The position numbers and the translations under genes are program-made. The notes beneath the pieces are model-generated. The model was not told the origin of the DNA. It made no database searches and saw only the letters and a program-made list of their open reading frames with translations. A stretch of DNA of 34,185 nucleotides, the filler included, from an uncultured Methanosarcinales archaeon (GTDB lineage: Archaea; Nanobdellota; Nanobdellia; Woesearchaeales; CALCXY01), in assembly GCA_964385185.1 (NCBI GenBank). It is 17 parts of 17 records of this genome, joined end to end, with 100 filler letters (N's around TTAATTAATTAA, not from the genome) between each part and the next. Parts side by side here need not be neighbours in the genome. Positions count along the whole stretch, not along the records: positions 27,769 to 29,324 come from CAYLOA010000082.1; positions 29,425 to 30,951 come from CAYLOA010000083.1; positions 31,052 to 32,575 come from CAYLOA010000084.1; positions 32,676 to 34,185 come from CAYLOA010000085.1; 13 more parts are not named here. The stretch is one strand, 5' to 3'. Shown here one piece after another: positions 27,912-34,185 of the stretch (its first letter is position 1; each line of letters opens with the position of its first letter).

Positions 27912-29150
27912 TTGAAATACTTGATTGATGTTAAAACTATATTTGGCAATTGGTGGTCAGACGGACCATTACAGTATAGTGACTTACGAGTATTTGGATT
28001 CGCGTCGATACTGAGTTCTGTTGGGTTAACTGCTGAGCAGGTTGTAGTTGGTTGGTACGTACTTGAATTGACTGATTCTGCTTTCATGGTTGGGCTGGTG
28101 CTCGGAGTCAGAATGTTGTCTAACACCATTTTCGGGATTCCTTCAGGTATTGTGGCAGATATGGTAAACAGGCCTAAATTCATCAGATCTTTAAGAGTAG
28201 CCACCGCAGCACCAATTTTGTTATTAGGGATACTTATAGTTACAGGAAGTGCTGGGGTATGGCATGTATTGGTTTTGACGGTAATTGCAGGAGTATTCCA
28301 AGTTTTCGAGAGTACTGCTTCTAGCAGTTTTGTTTATGATGTGGTGGGCTCGGAAGGAGCGATTCAAGGACTAGCCCTGTTGTCAATGATTGGAAGAATA
28401 GGGAGAGTTATTGGATCAATAAGTGTGGGATTTGTTATTGGCTATCTCGGATCAGGTTACGCATTAGTAGGAACTTCCGCTGTGTTTTTTATCGCATCTC
28501 TGGCAATGATGAATATCCGTTCACGTGGCCAAGCGGCCCCTTCATCAAAAGATTCTCTTAGGGAAACCGTAAACCAGTTTTTTAAAGAATTGGTGACAAA
28601 TCGGACTTTGATAATAATGTTTTCTGCTACCGCGTTGGTTGAGATTCTGGGGTTCTCACATAAAGTTCTTTTGCCAAGCTTGGCAAGGGATGTATTGGAT
28701 GTCGGAGCTGAAGGCTTAGGGATTATGAACGGGGTAGGATCACTGGGAGGAATTATAGGCATCCTTTTGCTTACAATTGGGAGGCGCCATGATAAAGGTA
28801 AAGGCATATCTTATTTAATAACTATATTAATTTTCGGTTGTTCGCTGATGGTACTTTCTTTGGCAAGCAACTTTATCTTTGTGTTGGTTGTACTTGCTGT
28901 AATAAATGCGGTGATGGCACTATCGGACTTGTTGTCTCAGGGGATTATGCAACTTGTAGTACCCAACAAGTTTAGAGGTAGAGCTATGGGTTCGTGGATG
29001 TTAGCACTGGGAGCTGGTCCAATAGGTACCTTACAAATAGGTGCTATAGCTTCATTATCAGGGGTTTCTGTTGCTTTGGCCATCAATGGTTTTGGATTAG
29101 TGATATTAGCCTCTTTGTTTATATTGTTACCAATGATTAGGAGGATATAA
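27912..29150 (+). CDS. MFS transporter (bacterial-type)
   Basis: About 12 TM segments; GIVADMVNR, LLPSLARDVLDVGAEGLG, QLVVPNKFRGRAMG. Confidence 0.9.
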   Translation: MKYLIDVKTIFGNWWSDGPLQYSDLRVFGFASILSSVGLTAEQVVVGWYVLELTDSAFMVGLVLGVRMLSNTIFGIPSGIVADMVNRPKFIRSLRVATAAPILLLGILIVTGSAGVWHVLVLTVIAGVFQVFESTASSSFVYDVVGSEGAIQGLALLSMIGRIGRVIGSISVGFVIGYLGSGYALVGTSAVFFIASLAMMNIRSRGQAAPSSKDSLRETVNQFFKELVTNRTLIIMFSATALVEILGFSHKVLLPSLARDVLDVGAEGLGIMNGVGSLGGIIGILLLTIGRRHDKGKGISYLITILIFGCSLMVLSLASNFIFVLVVLAVINAVMALSDLLSQGIMQLVVPNKFRGRAMGSWMLALGAGPIGTLQIGAIASLSGVSVALAINGFGLVILASLFILLPMIRRI

Positions 29151-29426
29151 ACCGACTAAAATTTCAAAAGTCTAAGTTATTTCATAAGAACTAATTATTA
29201 GCTAGGATGCCTAATTTAGGCTCAGGGATGTGAGAGTGTTGTGAGTTTGAGATTTGCATTTGATTCTGTTCAGTCAGGGGGCGGAACCTTTCAGCTGCGT
29301 CAAGTATTTTACTGAACAATGAATNNNNNNNNNNNNNNNNNNNNNNNNNNNNNNNNNNNNNNNNNNNNTTAATTAATTAANNNNNNNNNNNNNNNNNNNN
29401 NNNNNNNNNNNNNNNNNNNNNNNNAT

Positions 29427-30932
29427 AGTGCTACTTGTGATATTGGTTTGAAAGGGGGAACTCCTCCTGTTAATTGTAAATTCACAGGGACTGCCTTTCA
29501 GTGTGGGGTTGACTTTGGTAAAGTGCAAGGTGTGCGGTTTGTAAGAAACCCTGGAAGTTTATTTATCGGTAGTAATAATGCTTTTAGGAATGGAGATCTT
29601 ATGAGTTGGGAATATGAAACTCAGATGGAGATTCCAGATACTGCTATAACTCAATCTCAACCTAATGAGTTTACAAAATACTTGGGCGTTAGGATATTAA
29701 ACCAAAATAATCGATTAGTCTATGATTCTAGGGATACTTTTAATGCTGGAGGACAAGGCTTCGAAGAGATCTTTGGTGATGGTACTTTGACTGGAGAGAT
29801 AAAAGGTTCGAAAGTAGATACAGGGATGTTTGGGAGTAGTGGGAGCGGTGTGACTATTGGTAGACCTGAGGGAGAAATCATTATTACACCAACATCTACG
29901 AATTTAGCAAGTAATGCAAGAGGAGAGGGTCCAAGTGCAGTATTTCAGTTTATTGTTACTGGAACCAAATCAAACGAACAATTTTTTATCTTGAAGGGTG
30001 GTTTTCCTTCTAATTTTGATCCTTTAAACTTACCTACAAATGCACGTCAACTTACAGCAAATGAATTCAATCCAACCATTAAAAGACTAGCTTTTGAGTT
30101 TGACAATACTAAAATTACTATCAATGAATTAAAAGGATTTGATCCTTCTCCTCCTGGTGCACAGGTTCCGGTTGCTTATCGAGGATTTCAAATTTCATAC
30201 TCAGATCCAAGTAGTGGAGGAAACCTCTGCGGCGGTAAAGAACGAGTAACATTCACGGCTGAGTTTGGTATCTTTGATGGTTCTGAGAATAGAGGGACAT
30301 TTGAGCCTAGCTCTACTTTGGCTAGAGATGTGAGTGGTAATCCACAAAAAAGAAGGGTGAAGTTTGATGTTATTTGTAGTGCTACAGGTATTACACAAAC
30401 TCAGGCTAGACAGAGATGTAGTGCTACGCAGTCTAAGAGAGCTTGTTTTTGTGGTACTCAGGTTGAGTTTGACGCTTTTTTAGATCCTGCTAATATTGGT
30501 ACACCAGCTGGAAAGTTTAATTGTGGTACAGGTATTGTTCCAGATCATGGCTTTTGTGTTGATGATGTTTGTAGTGCTTTACCTGGTTGTGATACTAGTG
30601 GAACAATAGCCAATAAGGCTGAGTGTATATGTAATACTAAGACTTGTACTGTTGGGAAATTTTGTTATGAAAAAACTTCAACGATTCTTTCTTGTGAAGA
30701 TGATCCAAGGAATATTGTTCCTCCTTCTATTGTTGGAGATTCCATCAAAATTACTGCTTTTGACCTTGTAGGAAATATAATACTCACACCACAGACTATA
30801 AGTTCTAGTTCCTCAAGAATTGTCTTTAATAATTTAGTATCTGAAAAAATTTCCACACTTCTATTTGAATTTAGAATCAAGGATGATCAAGATATTACTA
30901 AGACTAATGTTTTTTTCATGGGCTTGAATTAA
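29427..30932 (+). CDS. Large extracellular protein fragment with Cys-rich module (5'-partial)
   Basis: Beta-rich Gly/Thr/Ser composition; ACFCG...FNCG...GFCVDDVC...CICNTKTCTVGKFC; frame open from the contig start. Confidence 0.65.
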   Translation, partial: SATCDIGLKGGTPPVNCKFTGTAFQCGVDFGKVQGVRFVRNPGSLFIGSNNAFRNGDLMSWEYETQMEIPDTAITQSQPNEFTKYLGVRILNQNNRLVYDSRDTFNAGGQGFEEIFGDGTLTGEIKGSKVDTGMFGSSGSGVTIGRPEGEIIITPTSTNLASNARGEGPSAVFQFIVTGTKSNEQFFILKGGFPSNFDPLNLPTNARQLTANEFNPTIKRLAFEFDNTKITINELKGFDPSPPGAQVPVAYRGFQISYSDPSSGGNLCGGKERVTFTAEFGIFDGSENRGTFEPSSTLARDVSGNPQKRRVKFDVICSATGITQTQARQRCSATQSKRACFCGTQVEFDAFLDPANIGTPAGKFNCGTGIVPDHGFCVDDVCSALPGCDTSGTIANKAECICNTKTCTVGKFCYEKTSTILSCEDDPRNIVPPSIVGDSIKITAFDLVGNIILTPQTISSSSSRIVFNNLVSEKISTLLFEFRIKDDQDITKTNVFFMGLN

Positions 30933-31051
30933 CCAAGGTTGAATCAGTTTTNNNNNNNNNNNNNNNNNNNNNNNNNNNNNNNNNNNNNNNNNNNNTTAAT
31001 TAATTAANNNNNNNNNNNNNNNNNNNNNNNNNNNNNNNNNNNNNNNNNNNN

Positions 31052-32257
31052 TTTTAATCCACCCACCAAAGTTTTAATCATTGTTTGAGCTGAACCCACA
31101 ACAGATTTAAGTGCCTCGTCTTGAGTCATAGTACCTGCCTGTACTTGTTTAAATGCGCCTTTTGCACTATCTTTAAAAGTACTCATTACTCCATCGAGAT
31201 CAATAGTACTACTTATAAGATTACCAAATGGTAATGCTTCCATTGCCGACTTCATTTTATCAAAAGGTGCAGAAACAGCATCTACTGCGGCCGCAATTTG
31301 TTGATGTTGAAGTTTTTGTTCTTTTGCTAATTTGACATTTGCTTTTGCATTGTCTACTGCAAGCCTGGCGGCGGTATCACCTTTATCTATCTGATCCTGT
31401 GCTTCTTTTCTCTTTTTATTTAACTCTTTAACTAAATTTAGTTCTGCTTCGGTCAGATTTCCTTTAGCCATCATCAACCCAATCTGCCCCTCTAATATAG
31501 CTACTTCGGATTCCATTCCTGTTTTTCTCTCTTCCCACAATCCCAGATTTCTTTCAGCTATTTTTTCTTGTTTTTCCATCTCTCCAACCATATCCATAAA
31601 ACTACTCTCTCCAATCTCATCAAAATTTATAAGTAATTTGTTTGAAGATTCTATTGTGTCGCCGAGTCCTTCAATCATCGTTGTTACTGTTTGTCCAACC
31701 ATTGCATGTAAGCTACGCCACGATTCCATAGCATTTTTTGTTGCCTGACCTTCCTGAGTTCTAAGATCTACCATTGTGCCTGATACATCACCTGCTTTAC
31801 GCAGAGTCGCATACAATTCATCTGCTGCGTCAGTCCCTTCTTTCATAAACTCTGAAAGACTTTCTGCACCAGTAGCAAATTCGTGCATCAGATTTGGTAA
31901 GTTTTCAAGCACCCTCTTAACGGAGTCTGTGTCATTCTTAATTCCTATTGTTGCTAATCCAGTTTGATGTGCGGCATTAGACCAGTCAATTGTCCTTTTA
32001 TCAATTCCTTCAATAGATTTACCAACATCTTTTTGTAACGACTCTACCCGTGACATAAGGGTATAAACTTTCTGTTCACCTTCTTCTCGGACTTTATTAA
32101 TAGCCGCCTGTTCTTTTTTTATATTTTTAAGTCGTTTTTCTTTGGCCTGTAAGGATTGTATTTCCTTATCATCCAATGCGCCGGACTTTTTCTTGAGCTC
32201 ATTGATTTGGCCCGTGAGTAAAATTTCTTCTTTTCTTCTACTGATAGAAGTTGCCAT
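31052..32257 (-). CDS. Phage tape-measure-like protein, allele A (3'-partial)
   Basis: Helical and heptad-rich. APFDKMKSAMEALPFGNLISS aligns with APIDKLREVIESAPGGKFLS of 12372-14282, and the same small gene lies upstream. Confidence 0.65.
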
Positions 32258-32280
32258 TATATATTATTCCTAATTTAGAT

Positions 32281-32481
32281 TTAATACCCAGCGTTCTTTA
32301 ATCTTTTTTCTAAATTATCTAATGCATCGCTGGTTTCTTTTGCGGCCGCTTTTAGGCCTGGATTATCTTTCAATATTTTTAAAACATTTTTAGTTCGGCC
32401 CTTGAGAATACCTTGTAATATCTTCTCAAAAACACCTTCTCTAAGTTGTTCTTCTGTTAACTTATTTTTGGACGAAGCCAT
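32281..32481 (-). CDS. Small phage protein upstream of the tape-measure gene, allele A
   Basis: 66 aa with AGGAG at 32489-32493 (minus strand); homolog at 33905-34105. Confidence 0.75.
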   Translation of the reverse strand: MASSKNKLTEEQLREGVFEKILQGILKGRTKNVLKILKDNPGLKAAAKETSDALDNLEKRLKNAGY

Positions 32482-32675
32482 TTTTATTCTCCTACATATG
32501 ATTTTATTTTATGATTTCCTTTGGTTAAACAGGATAGTATAACTCACTAATAAATATCATATATAGGAAAAAATGNNNNNNNNNNNNNNNNNNNNNNNNN
32601 NNNNNNNNNNNNNNNNNNNTTAATTAATTAANNNNNNNNNNNNNNNNNNNNNNNNNNNNNNNNNNNNNNNNNNNN

Positions 32676-33881
32676 TTTTAATCCACCCACCAAAGTTTTA
32701 ATCATTGTTTGAGCTGAACCCACAACAGATGTAAGTGCTTCGTCTTGAGTCATAGTACCTGCCTGTACTTGTTTAAATGCGTCTGTTGCACTGTCTTTAA
32801 ATGAATCCATTGCTGGCCCCAAACCAATAGCACTACTTATAAGATTACCAAATGGTAATGCTTCCATTGCCGACTTCATTTTTTCAAATGGTGCAGAAAC
32901 AGCACCTACTGCGGCCGTGATTTGTTCGTGTTGAATTTTTTGTTCTTTTGCTAATTTAACATTTGTTCTTGCATTTGCTGCTGCAGTCTTGGCAGCATCT
33001 TCACCTTTTTTCATAGTATCATGTGATTTTTCTAATTGTTTATTTAACTCATCATATAAATCTCGCTGTTCTTTGGTCATATTTTCTATAGGACCCATCG
33101 CTTTCAACTGTTCCTGTAACAGTTCTTGTTGCGACTGCATTTCAACTTTTCTCTCTTCCCACAATTCAAGATTTCTCTCGGCCAATCTTTCTTGTTTTTC
33201 CATCTCCCCAACCATGTCCACAAAACTACCTGTTCCAATCTCATCAAGATTTATAAGTAATTTTGCTGAAGATTCTATTGTCTGACCGAGACCCGCAACC
33301 ATCTCTGCTGTTGTTTGTCCAACAACCTGTCTTAATTCTCCCCACGTGGATACCGCATCTCTTGTTGCCTTACCTTCCTTGGTTCTAAAATCCACCATTG
33401 TGCCTGCAATTCTACCTTTTTCACGCATTTTTTCTAACAGGCCTTCCGATAAATCATTTTCTTCGTCCATAAAGTCTACAACATTTGCTGCACCTTCTGC
33501 AAATTGATTCATCATGCCTGGAAGTAATTTCAAAATACCATGAATACTGTCTGTATTATTTTTAACTCCTAATGTTGCTATTCCAGTTTGAAATGCGGCA
33601 TCAGACCATTTAACAGTATCTTTTCCAGCCACATTAATAACTTTACCAATACTTTTTTGTAACATCTCCACCTGTGAAGTAAGGTTATAAATTTTTCTTT
33701 CACCTTCTTCTCGGACTTTATTAATAGCCGCGTGTTCTTTTCTTATAACTTTAAGTTGTTTTTCTTTCTTTTCTAATTCTCTAATTTCTTTTTCAGTTGC
33801 ATTACTGCCCAGTTTCTTGAGAGCATTAATTCTTTCTATTAATATAATTTCTTTTTTTCTAGTACTAAGGGGATTAGCCAT
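32676..33881 (-). CDS. Phage tape-measure-like protein, allele B (3'-partial)
   Basis: Colinear homolog of 31052-32257 with the same 1206-nt span. Confidence 0.65.
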
Positions 33882-33904
33882 TATATGTTATTCCTAATTT
33901 AGAT

Positions 33905-34105
33905 TTAATACCCAGCGTTCTTTAATGATTTTTCTAAATCATCTAATGCTTCACTGGTCTCTTTTGCAGCTTGTTGTAGAGCAGGATTATCTTTCAATAT
34001 TTTTAAAACATTTTTAGTTCGGCCCTTGAGAATACCTTTTAGTATCTTCTCAAAAACACCTTCTCTAAGTTGTTCTTCTGTTAATTTATTTTTGGACGAA
34101 GCCAT
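33905..34105 (-). CDS. Small phage protein upstream of the tape-measure gene, allele B
   Basis: 59 of 66 residues identical to 32281-32481 by hand count; AGGAG upstream. Confidence 0.75.
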   Translation of the reverse strand: MASSKNKLTEEQLREGVFEKILKGILKGRTKNVLKILKDNPALQQAAKETSEALDDLEKSLKNAGY

Positions 34106-34185
34106 TTTTCTTCTCCTACATATGATTTTATTTTAAGATTTTCTGTGGTTAAACAGGATAGTATAACTCACTAATAAATATCATA

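Noticed and set aside
2453..32675. Recurring TTAATTAATTAA as a CRISPR or biological repeat
   Set aside because: It is always centred in a 100-nt N block, so it is a synthetic six-frame stop linker. ORF tails ending X...LIN are artefacts of it.
3560..33285. Antisense and nested ORFs in the track (e.g. 3560-3841, 10984-11331, 12827-13288, 15680-16126, 19184-19618, 27713-28204, 32989-33285)
   Set aside because: They overlap better-supported genes and show no motifs of their own.
31052..34185. Diversity-generating retroelement TR/VR pair or tandem duplication
   Set aside because: Differences span more than 1 kb and include non-adenine changes, no reverse transcriptase is present, and the copies are separate contigs.

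Overview
This window is not one locus. It is 17 short contigs, ordered by decreasing length (about 2.45 kb down to 1.5 kb), joined by artificial 100-nt N spacers that carry TTAATTAATTAA. Contig limits: 1-2452, 2553-4964, 5065-7368, 7469-9771, 9872-12054, 12155-14282, 14383-16494, 16595-18544, 18645-20491, 20592-22385, 22486-24189, 24290-25989, 26090-27668, 27769-29324, 29425-30951, 31052-32575, 32676-34185. Most look archaeal, probably DPANN-like (CarS, TrmB and Lrp regulators, class III signal peptides, TATA/BRE promoters); the taxonomy is my inference. Two look bacterial (a CtaA-CtaB fusion and an MFS transporter) and four or five look phage-derived (three tape-measure-like genes, a probable virion protein, an IbrA/IbrB-like pair). 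The best candidate for an undescribed system is contig 1. An Lrp/AsnC regulator is divergent from a translationally coupled pair: a TyrRS/cyclodipeptide-synthase-like protein lacking HIGH and KMSKS motifs, and a two-cysteine Asp/Glu-type racemase. The three genes are bracketed by three nested perfect inverted repeats, the outermost matching integron attC core sites (GTTAAGC / GCTTAAC), which suggests a self-regulated biosynthetic gene cassette. All family calls come from motif recognition by eye; no searches were run.
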